From Paraspadella gotoi (lineage: Eukaryota > Animalia > Chaetognatha): DNA of 64,000 nt. The stretch covers positions 13,446,124-13,510,123 of the forward strand of contig CM119265.1 in NCBI GenBank assembly GCA_051294375.1, given 5' to 3'. Position numbers and translations under genes: made by a program. A model generated the notes under the pieces. The model had not been told where the DNA came from and made no database searches. It saw only the letters and a program-made list of their open reading frames with translations. Each line of letters starts with the position of its first letter. Position 1 is the first letter of the stretch. This document shows, one piece after another, positions 38,925 to 50,582 of this stretch.

Positions 38925-41765
38925 ATGGCCAAAAATCTTTTTAAAGCCTTGATTTTGCGAAAGCTGGTTGGCTGTTTCTTCATCTGGGCAAGTGAGTTGA
39001 TAATACCGCACTTTTGACATTCTTATTCAGGAGTTTTAAATTCACGAGTCGCTACGAATTTTTTTTTTTCTTTTTTCAGTGACGCTTTTCTTAATCAACA
39101 AAATTCTCGTGGATTATGTAGAAAGCGAAAAACGGAAACGTGAGTCGAAGGAAGAATCGGTGAGGGACGAGCCTCGCAAAATGTCGCCGACGCCTGTTCC
39201 TGTGCGAACGCCTTCTAGATTAGGTCGAAAAGCCGAAAGAGGATGAAATACTTTAAACTAAGAGTATAGCTATTCCACGCTAATGGTGGAAGGGCTCCGA
39301 GGGTGTAAAACCCGACGAGATGCCCGGGCGTTTTTTGTTTGTTTTTTTTTGGGGGGGGGGGCTCCGCAATGACTGAGACAAACCTGAAAGGGTAGTATTT
39401 ATCACAGGTCACACATTTGTTTTATATTAAGCTCACATATTATTCGATATAAAATGACGTTTAGACTCAAACAGTTAAAAATAAAGTTTGAATTATCATN
39501 NNNNNNNNNNNNNNNNNNNNNNNNNNNNNNNNNNNNNNNNNNNNNNNNNNNNNNNNNNNNNNNNNNNNNNNNNNNNNNNNNNNNNNNNNNNNNNNNNNNN
39601 NNNNNNNNNNNNNNNNNNNNNNNNNNNNNNNNNNNNNNNNNNNNNNNNNNNNNNNNNNNNNNNNNNNNNNNNNNNNNNNNNNNNNNNNNNNNNNNNNNNN
39701 NNNNNNNNNNNNNNNNNNNNNNNNNNNNNNNNNNNNNNNNNNNNNNNNNNNNNNNNNNNNNNNNNNNNNNNNNNNNNNNNNNNNNNNNNNNNNNNNNNNN
39801 NNNNNNNNNNNNNNNNNNNNNNNNNNNNNNNNNNNNNNNNNNNNNNNNNNNNNNNNNNNNNNNNNNNNNNNNNNNNNNNNNNNNNNNNNNNNNNNNNNNN
39901 NNNNNNNNNNNNNNNNNNNNNNNNNNNNNNNNNNNNNNNNNNNNNNNNNNNNNNNNNNNNNNNNNNNNNNNNNNNNNNNNNNNNNNNNNNNNNNNNNNNN
40001 NNNNNNNNNNNNNNNNNNNNNNNNNNNNNNNNNNNNNNNNNNNNNNNNNNNNNNNNNNNNNNNNNNNNTTAGACTCAAACAGTTAAAAATAAAGTTTGAA
40101 TTATCATATCATTTTTATTTCAGTCGGCGAAGACAGTAAATCGACAACGAAGACAAAGAAACCAAAAACGACAACGTCTTCAACAACAACAACTCCAACG
40201 AATCGCCGAGTCCCGCGACAAGATAACAGAACGGATTTTATCCCGCTCTGTTCTTGGAATAAAGAGGAACCGCTGTATCTGCCCGACCAGAAAGACGGAC
40301 TCGAACAACACTTCATCAGTTGGATGAACGATTGGGGAGTCTTCTACGTCCTTTGGAACGGGGTTCTACTCGGCGCTTACAGGTGACGAGGAAAAGTAAC
40401 AACTGGGAACTAATCAAAAAATCCTTGATGGAACGAGTTCTGAAGGCTAAAATTGTTTAAAAGAGAAAAACTTTAATTAGGCAAAAAAAAAAAACAACAA
40501 CAATTTTCGAGTAGGGTGAAAATGCCTCGGAAAGGTCCGCGTCACTACGTTAGTTAATAATTATTAAATCAAAATGTTATCACCGGCAGACATCACGGAA
40601 AAATCCCTCGCGATGGCGACATGGACATTCTGTTTCCAGTCTTTCTCAATTACATGACGGACGATTGCGACCTCGTTCGACGCCAAAGGCCGAAGGCGTT
40701 TCTCGTCGATCCCAAAACGGGTAATGAAACGATAATTCAGCTTAGGCAATGGTTGCTTGTGATACCGAAGAGTCATCGTGAAATCTCACCTGCTTGAAGT
40801 GGCTCAGGGGCCATTGGCCCTAAATTACCGCTACTCGGTGCCACTGCCTCTTTCGCGCTCACATTTTCGCTTTCCTGTCGTTATTAACAGCTTGCCAGGC
40901 ACACGTGATATGACTATCCAGCATAGGTGGTTGTGAAGCCGTTTCATGGCCCCCGCATGATGTGATATGTGATACCAGAGGCGCGGGGTATCTCACCAAC
41001 TGGCGTAGGGGCTGCGGACCCTCAGTGATCGCCTCCTGTCACTGAAATGTTTAGACCGGCTCCGTCACGTTTAAGCCAGAACAGGGATACCCAGTGGGTA
41101 CCCACTACCCAGGGACGCTCAGTTGAAACGAGTCTGAGGACAAACAGCAGTGAGGCAGCTTTAAGTCATGCTGCCACAATAGATCTATTCTATTGTAGGG
41201 GTACATAATTATATATTAAATTATATATTATATTTTTTACCGACATTAATTTTCCGTTCTCTCCCGTACGTATCACGTCGGACGTGGCCGTCTCCCGTTT
41301 CCAGGCAAGGAGGCCGATCACGCCCACCCGGACGAAGGATTTGAATCGCGCATCACGCTCTGCAACCGCACTCGCGCCTGGTGGGTCAACAATATTTCCG
41401 GTGTCTTTCAAAACCGCATAGATGCCACGGGGGCCAAGATGAACATCAAGCCTAGATCCTTTGGGGGATTCCGGATAACGTTCACAGTCAACGGGAAGAA
41501 CCTTGGCATCGACGTCGTCGTCAGCATCTGGGATCTCAATTTTTGGCGAGACGCGACACCTACGTGCAGATGCGACTATCGGGGCCAGCTGTCTCAGTGC
41601 TTCGAATCGTCGATGGCCGCGCTTATGAGGGACTATCAAGCGTCTGAGAAGCAACTGATGAACCCCCAGAAAAAATCCGTGAAGAACCCCAAGCATCCCC
41701 GATGGATCAAGGAAATTTTAGAAAAAGAAAAACTCGAAAAACGTAATAGTACAATTATGCAATGA
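38925..41765 (+). CDS. LicD/fukutin-family phosphotransferase 1, type II membrane protein, ~353 aa (exons 38925-38991, 39080-39223, 40124-40382, 40590-40720, 41305-41765)
   Basis: The spliced frame is open with matching phases. It gives TM KLVGCFFIWAMTLFLINKIL, a Thr-rich stalk, YVLWNGVLLGAYR|HHGKIPRDGDMDI (LicD pattern GTLLGAxR..IPWDxDxD), a third Asp in GIDVVV, and a C-terminal CxYRG..C..L.RDY..MNP segment. Confidence 0.85.
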
Positions 41766-43682
41766 CCAAATTTCTAAATTTAACTTTAATTAAAATGCTA
41801 AAAGTGAGGAACGAACAACATTATACTAATGAACATTTATGTATAAAAAAAATTTATAATAAATTTTACAATTTACGCAGTAGGCCATATTTATACTAGT
41901 ACTAATCCAATAAATGTTTAAATTTCAAAACAGTTTTTTCTAAGATTTTTTTGCAGATTTGGATTCATCCTTCATTAAGTGGGTCAAAAATTAGAAAAAG
42001 CTACATTTTAAGCTGAAAATTAATTTTTTCTATATTAAATATAGTTTTTTTAATTTTTAACCCACTTAATGAAAGAATTTTTAAAAATGATTTATATTTT
42101 CTTCTATCAACTTTTGACGAGGAATTGAAATCTGCAATCAAAATTAAGAAAAGCCTATTTTGAAATTTTTTGTTTTTATAAGTTTTTATATATAAATATA
42201 GCCAACTGCGAAAATTAAAAAACATAAAATTAATTTTTTTCACAAATTAATGTTCACTGATGGTATGTTGTTCATAATTGACTTTTATAATTTCCGTATG
42301 TAACTTTCACTACGCTCAATGACCATAAAACTAGTGCTAAAATTATTACAGCATTCTTTTCCGAAAGTGCCCCCTTTTGTTACTGACACCTGAATATAAT
42401 TATAATTCTAATATTTTTTATCTTTATTTTTTTAAAAATATTTAACCTAATCCCTAATCATTAATCCTTAACCCAAATTTCAAACTTTATCCCCTATCCA
42501 AAACCCTTAACCAAATTTATAACCAAGTCCTTTACCTAATCTTCAAATTTAAAAACTTATTTTAATTTATTTTATTTTATTTTTAAGTTCAGCTGAAATT
42601 AGGCAACTTCTGAAAATATGTCCAGTTTGTTTGCTCGTGTGGCTTTATAGTTAGTAATTATTAATTATTTATTAAAATTTTTTATAAAAAAACAAAAACC
42701 AATTTTCTTTGACTCCTGTAACACTGTCATTATAATCCTTCTTAATGTTTACTTTTGAATTCATCGTTATTAAATATATTGCATATTCAAAATCGTTATT
42801 TAGGTTTTTTGAACGTCATAGGCACGCACTGACTTTTGAGATTATAGTAAACAGTGCTGGCTAGCATGTGCGTATAAATTTTACAATATTATTGACATTA
42901 TACATTATATATATTAGAGATAGAACTTTACGATTGAAAGAACTGAGGTTCCCATCACACAGTAGATATAATTATAAATAAGCAAAGTCGAAGGATAATG
43001 GTAAAGTAAAAAATAGTAACCAAATAATAAAAAAAAGAAAGTAAATTAAAAATAAATAAATAAGTAAATAAAAAAATTCGGAATCATTCACCAGTATGAA
43101 ACTAAAAATATAAAATATTTATTCACTTTCTGTGGTACCGTCTCGTTTACGGGCCGCCGCCGCCGCTGACACCCCCAACTGCTGTCAAGAAGCAGGCCGA
43201 TTGACCGTTGTCGCCCACAATTTACGAAACTCCAGTTTTTCCGTTAACCCTCTCCCTTGCCTTTTTCGAATGAACCCATATAGTCACGTGCTTTATATTT
43301 TTATTAGTTAATGATATTTTTTTGTTGTTGTTGTTTTTTTTTATTTTTTTTCTTTTGTTTTTTGCATTTTTTTTGTACGTTTACTATTAGCCACCACAAA
43401 CTCTACTCTTTGAATCTGATAGATAGATTAGGCTAGAGTCTAGCAGCTTCATTACGTTAAGCGACCGAAATTACGCGATTTTTTTCTGCAAAGAAACGTT
43501 AACTACTTTGCATCATTAGCCTGCTTGGATTTATGAGAATCATAAATGCATTTTACACCGATTCGTCCGAGTACTCGAGTAAGTATTGTGTCGATTTTAA
43601 TTATAATTATGGACGAGGCTTTCGTGAGTGGTCCTAGTTCGTACTTCACATTAAAACCAAAATCTTTTTAATTTCTCTAACA

Positions 43683-45075
43683 ATGCAGTTCTCATTGAGG
43701 ACCGCAATCGGACTCGTCTTGCTTTTCATATTTTTTCTCCTTTTGGCAGGTTAGCTAAGAATAATAATGATAATAATTATGCTCTAACGGTTATTGTATT
43801 TCCTCGTTATTCTGATTCTTACTCCATTGCCTTAGTGAGAAAGTGTCTAACTAAAATTTTAAATGTCTTGATCTCCAGACCTCTTCGAAGATCGGCGGTT
43901 CGGGATGGAGTTACCGCCAAACGAGAGGCTGCTTCGTCCGATCCCTCCGATCTGCTCGTGGACTCTCGAGGAGCCGCTTTACCTTCCCGACACGAAAGAC
44001 GCCCGCGAACAAAATATCATCGCGTGGTTGAACGAATGGAACGTCGTCTACGCGGTGTGGGACGGTGTACTATTGGGCGCTTATAGGTGGGAAACTAATT
44101 TTATCATGTTAAAGTTATGATAAAATTGAATTAGATGCACGTAGGGTCGTTTGCGGAGAGTTGTAATTTCCTTGTCGCTCAATTTTTTCAGGCATCACGG
44201 GAAAATTCCGGGCGACGAAGATATGGACATAATTTTCCCCGTTTTTCTCAACTCCATGACGGACGATTGCGAAGAAGTGCGGATCAGACGACCCAAAGCC
44301 TTCGTCCTGGACCCTGCTACGGGTGAGTGACCGTGATGACTGTAAATTTTATCTGTAAAATTATTGTTCAAATTACCGCTTAGTTGAGGACGAACTTAAA
44401 ATTATTTAAGAGAAAAACCCAATTTGTAAGAGAAAATAGTTATAGAATCTTGACGGTTAATTTAATTCTCCAGATCAAGAGGCGGACCATGACAATCAGG
44501 ACAAAGACTTCGAACGCCGACTGCTGCTCTGCAATCAGACCCGGTACCAGTGGGTAGAGGTCGTCAAAGAGGCTTTTTTGCGCCGCATCAAAGCGACGGG
44601 AATGTCGGGAAAGATGTTCATCAGTCCCAGAAAATATGGAGGATTCCGGTTGCTCTTTGGGCACGAATCCGAGGGGTTCCTCGGCGTTGACGTCGTCGTA
44701 AGCATTTGGGACAAGAACTTTTGGCGGGACGCGACGCCCACGTGCAGGTATTCGTTTTAAGTTCGCTGGAGGTGCGACTCCAGTCATCCTACCTTTTTTT
44801 TCCTTCTATCTTTCATTCTTTCTTTCTTTCTTTCTTTCCTTTTTTTATTTATTTCTTTCTTAATTTTCTTCTTCCCTTTTCTTTTTTCTCTAAGGTGCAA
44901 CTATCGCGGTCAAATGGCGCAGTGCTACGAGTCAACGTTAGAAGCTCTGCAGCGCCTCTACGAAGCCACCACTCGTCAACTCATGACGCCTGATCGAAAC
45001 CCTAGGAAAAATATGCGCCATCCAATGTGGCGCAAAAAACTTGTGTCGATTGGACTAGGATCAAAAGGACTATAA
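43683..45075 (+). CDS. LicD/fukutin-family phosphotransferase 2, ~286 aa (exons 43683-43749, 43879-44086, 44192-44322, 44474-44747, 44895-45075)
   Basis: Intact spliced ORF with anchor MQFSLRTAIGLVLLFIFFLLLA, motif VWDGVLLGAYR|HHGKIPGDEDMDI and GVDVVVSIWD. The 67-nt and 131-nt exons equal those of paralog 1. Confidence 0.85.
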
Positions 45076-45312
45076 TGACAGATTGGGCGTTGGGCGTCAA
45101 ATGATCCTCTATGGATTTTACTTCTCGCGCCCACTAGTTTTTGTTTCAATTTTCGAACTATCTGGTTATTTCATCCATGTAATTAACTCTCCTTTAGATT
45201 AACAATAGAATTCTTCACAAAAAAGCATGATAGTTAGTTACTTGTATAATGGTATATTTTTACAATATAGTATCTTTATCTTGCATTGTTTGCCTCTTTG
45301 AAAAGAATACAG

Positions 45313-45552
45313 TGAAGAGACAGTAATAATTATTATGTGTCAGTGGCAGAACCGTTCAATATAAGCATATAGCAGTCCCTGAGAATCTGAAGAGGCTGTA
45401 ACACCGTGTTACAGGCGGGATAAGCGCCCCGTCCCGCTTTACTGCTAGGCGACCACCGGGCTAGAACCCCGAACCTTTGGGTTGGGAGGCGAAAGACTTG
45501 CCTCCGGCACCAATGGCCGCTAGTGAACGGTTGGTAGATTTTAGTCCACCAT
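45313..45552 (-). mobile_element. tRNA-Gly(CCC)-derived SINE-like repeat, copy 2
   Basis: Minus-strand head at 45449-45520: GCGGCCATTGGTGCCGGAGG..TTCGCCTCCCAA..GGGTTCTAGCCCGGTGGTCGC. Gly-like anticodon loop and T arm, but the stems are broken. Confidence 0.75.
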
Positions 45553-46259
45553 GACAGGTTCATTTTTCGTTCTCATCAAACATGGATCCAACTCCGTCTA
45601 TATTGTTTCCGATGGTGAGCCGATTTTTTTAAAAATTAAGGTTGAATAATAATAACCTATCGTAAAATTTTGCATTCAATTGAGTTTTCAATTCTCATAT
45701 TTTACAGAGAACAGAATTTCACAAAATTGTGAAGCATTATTGCAAAGCTTACTTTTTGTTAATTCTGCATTTACTTATCGGTTTCTAAGACAGTTCATCG
45801 AACACTCATTTCCAAAATTTTTTCAAGTAATAATTGGATTGACTTTTTTATAGTTTTGTTGAGTTTAATAGGAATACCGCCCGCTCCTGACGACGTTCGT
45901 CAAGGTGTAATTGTAAAAGAAATTATTTAAGTTAATTGTTTTCACAGTTCTGTTCAAATAATTTTATAAAAGAAAAATATGTTGTTGGTGGGTCTTCTTT
46001 TAAAGTTCTCAATACTGAAGACTGAAGAGGGCCGATACCCAAGCCAGACGCTTACCCTCTCAGGTTCTTTGTTATCATTATAACCATTAACCAATATATG
46101 ATTAAATCAGAATATCAAGCTCTCTAATAAGGATAAGGAGAAGTGGAGGGCAGCTTTCACTAGAGGATGTTTCGAAACGTGACATTTTGAAAAACCGTTT
46201 GACCCAACGACGTAATCGCTGCAATTTCCAAGTGAGTATACGTGATGCGGCTGCTCACA

Positions 46260-49200
46260 GCTCAGCCATTCTAAAGACAATGTCGCCTTAAGTTGCAACA
46301 GAGCAACGGTTGCCTCTTTGCTCCTGGGCGACGGACGTGTCACTCTATCTATAAGAACGACCTCGGCGAACAAAGACTAATTCGATGGCTCAATGAATGG
46401 GGCGTCGTCTATGCCTTGTGGGACGGGGCTTTGTTGGGGCTTACAGGTGATAAATTTAAAACATTCAGCTTCCATCTATCAAATTGCGGGTGAATTTTGG
46501 CTTTTCAAGGCACCACGGCAAGATTCCCAACGACGGCGACATGGACATAATTTTTCCGGTTTTTCTCAATAAAGTAATATATAAGTAATATATATATATA
46601 TAAAGTAATAATATAACGGACGACTGCGAGCAAGCAAAAAAACTTCGTCGTAATGGAAGACAATACGGAGTAGACCTTGCCATATATGAAAAGTTTTGAA
46701 ATCAAAAAACGAGTATTGTGTAAAAGGTGCCCATACATCATATGAATTTTTTGAACATTTTTTTTCAAAAAAAAATTTACAGTAAATGCTGCCAACTTTG
46801 AAAAAAATGAAAAAACATGGTAAAAAATAGACTTTTTGCTAAATATCTTTAAAAGCTTTATTGCTAGAGGGACGAAACCCAAACTATCTTGTAGAGTGAA
46901 AAAATTGACTATGTTACATACCTTGCATTATAAATTAAGTTAGTTTTTACTCAGGAAAATTTTTTTTAAAACCTATTGTTTTGGTCAATTTTTGATAAAA
47001 TTTTTAAAAAATGATATTTTTAACAATGTTCGTGAAATATTTTGTAAAAAAATTATGGCGAATTGAATAAAGAAATAATTGCCTTTGTTTTGCTGAAAGA
47101 ATTTTTAAAAAGGATTATCGGTTAAAGAGTTATAATTTTTTTAAATTAAAAAAAAATCACTTTTCTTAATAATTATTTTTATTTAATAGGTTTGAACTAA
47201 GCTAAAGGGAAAAAGGGAATGCACTTTTTTCAGAGTAAATAAAACAAATAGTAAATTCTGATTTGACAATGGGTAACTTTAATATTTGTCTCACCAGGTC
47301 ATTAAAGTTTTTTTTTAATTTTTATCATTTTATAATGTAATTATGACTTTTAAATAAGGTAGTTTTTTAAATTTTTTTTCATATAAAAAAAAGAAAAATT
47401 GACAAAAGCGATTAAATGATTAAAAATTGATAAAATGAGACAAAAATAGTAAAATTAATGAAGTTAAATAACTGAGAAAAGAGTTGCTTGCTGCTTGCCG
47501 GTCGAGAAAAAAAGGTTTAGTGCAAAAGAAAGAAAACTAGTTATTCTATTTTTTGTTATCTATTCATGATTTATAGTTAATAATTAAGTCTATTGTAAAT
47601 AGTCGATTTAGTTTTAAAATATAATTTTTAATTCATTTTTGATTTTATTCATTTCATATCTTTTATAGTTGATGAATTTATCAACAAGTCGGATCTATTC
47701 CTAAATTTATCAAGCAAGCTTAATATATTTTTCCAAGTCTTTTACAACTTTTGATTAAGCAATATATTTAACACAAATTATAATTCAACTCAGTTCTGGA
47801 GAACAAGCTTGACAAAAGTAATTTATGAAAGAAATAGAATAACTAGTTTTTTTTCTTTGGCACTCTAGATGATGACTTTTTTTTCTCGATCGGTAAGCAG
47901 CAAGCAACTCTTCTCTCAGTTGCTTTTTTTGTCTCATTTATCAATTTTTAATCATTTAATCGCTTTTGTCAATTTTTTCTTTTCTTTTTTATATAGAAAA
48001 AAAATTTAAAAAACTACCTTATTTAAAAGTCATAATTCCATTATAAAATGATAAAAATTTAAAAAAAACTTTAATGACCTGGTGAGACAAAATATTAAAG
48101 TTACCCATTGTCAAATCAGAATTTACTATTTTTTATTTACTCTGAAAAAAGTGAATTCCCTTTTTCCCTTTAGCCTAGTTCAAACCTATTAAATAAAAAT
48201 AATTATTAAGAAAAGTGATTTTTTTTTAAATTTAAAAAAATTATAACTTTTTACCGATAATCCTTTTTTAAAAATTCTTTCAGCAAAACAAAGGCAATTA
48301 TTTCTTTATTCAATTCGCCATAATTTTTTTTACAAAATATTTCACGAACATTGTTAAAAATATCATTTTTTAAAATTTTATCAAAAATTGACCAAAACAA
48401 TAGGTTTTAAAAAAAATTTTTCTTAGTAAAAAACTAACTTAATTTATAATATGAGGTATGTAACATAGTCAATTTTTTCCACTCTACAAGATAGTTTGGG
48501 TTTCGTCCCTCTAGCAATAAAGCTTTTAAAGATATTTAGCAAAAAGTCCATTTTTTACCATTTTTTTTCATTTTTTTCAAAGTTGGCAGCATTTACTGTA
48601 AAATTTTTTTTTGAAAAAAAATGTTCAAAAAATTCATATGATGTATGGGCACCTTTTACACAATACTCGTTTTTGATTTCAAAACTTTTCATATATGGCA
48701 AGGTCTAATACGGAGTTGATTTCATGACTTTAAAGTTTAACATTTATTTAGCTTGACTAACTTGGTTTCCACTTTTTTTTACGGACTCGTGCCGCAAAAC
48801 TGTGAAATAATAAACTTTCTTTTTTTTTTCAGAAGGTGAAAGAGACTTCCACGCTCAAAGAGAAACAATATGTGGACTAACGCGTGATCAATGGGTGGAT
48901 CGGGTAATCGAATTTCAAAACCACGCTATAATTACTGTTAATTTTATTATTAATGATAAGACATACGGCGGTATAAATTAAAGTGATGAAAATTGAAAAG
49001 AAAGAGGGCGACAGAGATAGAGAGAAATTTAAAAAAAAAACGCTCTCTTCAGATCACAACCGTATGGAAATCACTCCGCGTTCTTTTGGCGGTTTTCGGT
49101 CGAAAAGTTTCTACTTGACGTTAGGCGTTGATATCATCGTCAGCATCTTCGACGAAAAGTTTTTGTGGGACGAGACGCCCACGTGCGGGTGAGATATCAT

Positions 49201-49496
49201 CAGTATTTGAATCATCTGAATCTAATTTCAGAAGTCGGTGGCTCTTAATAAGCGCGAAGAGCAGTCGAACAGTTCTGACGATGACAGATGTTTTCTGTAT
49301 TCGCAGATTCTTCTACCGCGGTCGCTTGACGCGCTGTTTTGAATCTTCATTGAAATGGCTATCAAGAGAGTACAAACAAACGACAGAAGAAATTCTGCAG
49401 CCGGAAAGAGACTCTAAAATTAATCGCTTTAACAAAAAATGGCGAAGAATGATGTTTGAAAATGACAGGGAATTCTGGTTTATTTGCCGTTTATGA
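46260..49496 (+). pseudogene. LicD/fukutin-family paralog 3, disrupted
   Basis: Homologous segments: LPLCSW..LYL, WLNEWGVVYALWDGALLG, HHGKIPNDGDMDIIFPVFLN, PRSFGGFR..LGVDIIVSIFD..ETPTCG and FYRGRLTRCFESSL. Lesions: stop/frameshift after LYL, a -1 at GAYR, an AT-rich insert with a stop (~46571-46615), and a 2-kb transposon at the exon end. Confidence 0.8.
46671..48707. mobile_element. Non-autonomous hAT-type foldback DNA transposon, 2037 bp, ~880-bp inverted arms, 8-bp TSD
   Basis: Ends are TAGACCTTGCCATATATG...CATATATGGCAAGGTCTA. TSD ATACGGAG at 46663-46670 and 48708-48715. Arms ~46671-47555 and ~47830-48707; no transposase ORF. Confidence 0.92.
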
Positions 49497-49998
49497 TTTA
49501 TGAGTGACTCACAATATAAAATAATGCTTAAAGTTTTTTGTTTGGTTGTTAATTTTCCATATATTTCGAAATAAATTTTGAATTAATTTATTGATTATTT
49601 CTCTTATCACCAACCGGTTGTATAGTCGTAATGGCCCGGCCAAAATGTTGCTTTCGTCAAAACGTACTCCTTTGCTCGACCTCCTTAGTACAATTGGTAG
49701 TGAGAAATCCCGCGTGGAAGGAATTCTATGTCAACCTTTGTATTTTTATTTTTATCGATGTTACAACCAATATAAAAATGTGACTGAACAACAACAGAAA
49801 TAGAAAATGTAAAAGTCTCTATCTCTCACAACAATCACCAATTTTAGCAGATATAAATTATTGAGAATTATTATTGAGAATTATTATTATTATTGAGAAT
49901 TATATAAATGTAAAATGTCATTAAATCTTTCCTACTTATATAATTTTATATTTTTTAGTATCCATGGTATATCCTTTCTTTTCGTTGTTGTATAAAAA

Positions 49999-50042
49999 GC
50001 GCTGATGAAGACTCGAAAATCTCTGAGTCGAAACATGTCTGC
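49999..50042 (+). ncRNA. Minimal type I hammerhead ribozyme (Penelope-like-element type)
   Basis: gcg-CTGATGA-a-GACTC[10 nt]GAGTC-GAAA-CATGTC-tgc with palindromic ACATGT stem III. AATAAA at 50054-50059. Confidence 0.75.
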
Positions 50043-50582
50043 AACTTATTAATAATAAAATCGTTGTAACAATTCAAAATTCTTTGTAAATATTTTTTAG
50101 TACATTTTATTTCAAATTTTAAAGAATACTACCTATTTTACGTTTGCATTGAATTGATTGAATAAAGTGCGTCCCGATTAACTAGCTTGATCATGTCTAA
50201 ACGAAAAGCCACAATCGCAAAACAAAAAGAAAAGGCTCTCGTCTTCTCAGCTCTCTGCTCTCGTTTTCGTCGTCGTAGTCGTCGTCGTCGTCGTCAAGGC
50301 GACGAAAATAAAGCAGAGTGCAGAAATTTTACCAGCCGAGATTTCCTTCCCAATTAAAGTTCATTCATTGAATTAATGTTGAGATAAAAATAAGCATCGC
50401 AAAACGTACTAACGGAGGTGACTCGCCACGTTATATTTGTTAGCTTAATGTGTACTAAATTTTCACTAGGAATTCGCCGAAATAGTTATAGTTTAAAATG
50501 AAAAAAGAAGGGCGTAATGACGCGGTATTCATCTAAGGAATAAAGTTTATTGTAAACCGTAATACAACGCATTTGCTCAGCC

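Noticed and set aside
45449-45520. Functional tRNA-Gly(CCC) gene
   Set aside because: D and anticodon stems do not pair, the T loop is short, and it sits in a dispersed repeat.
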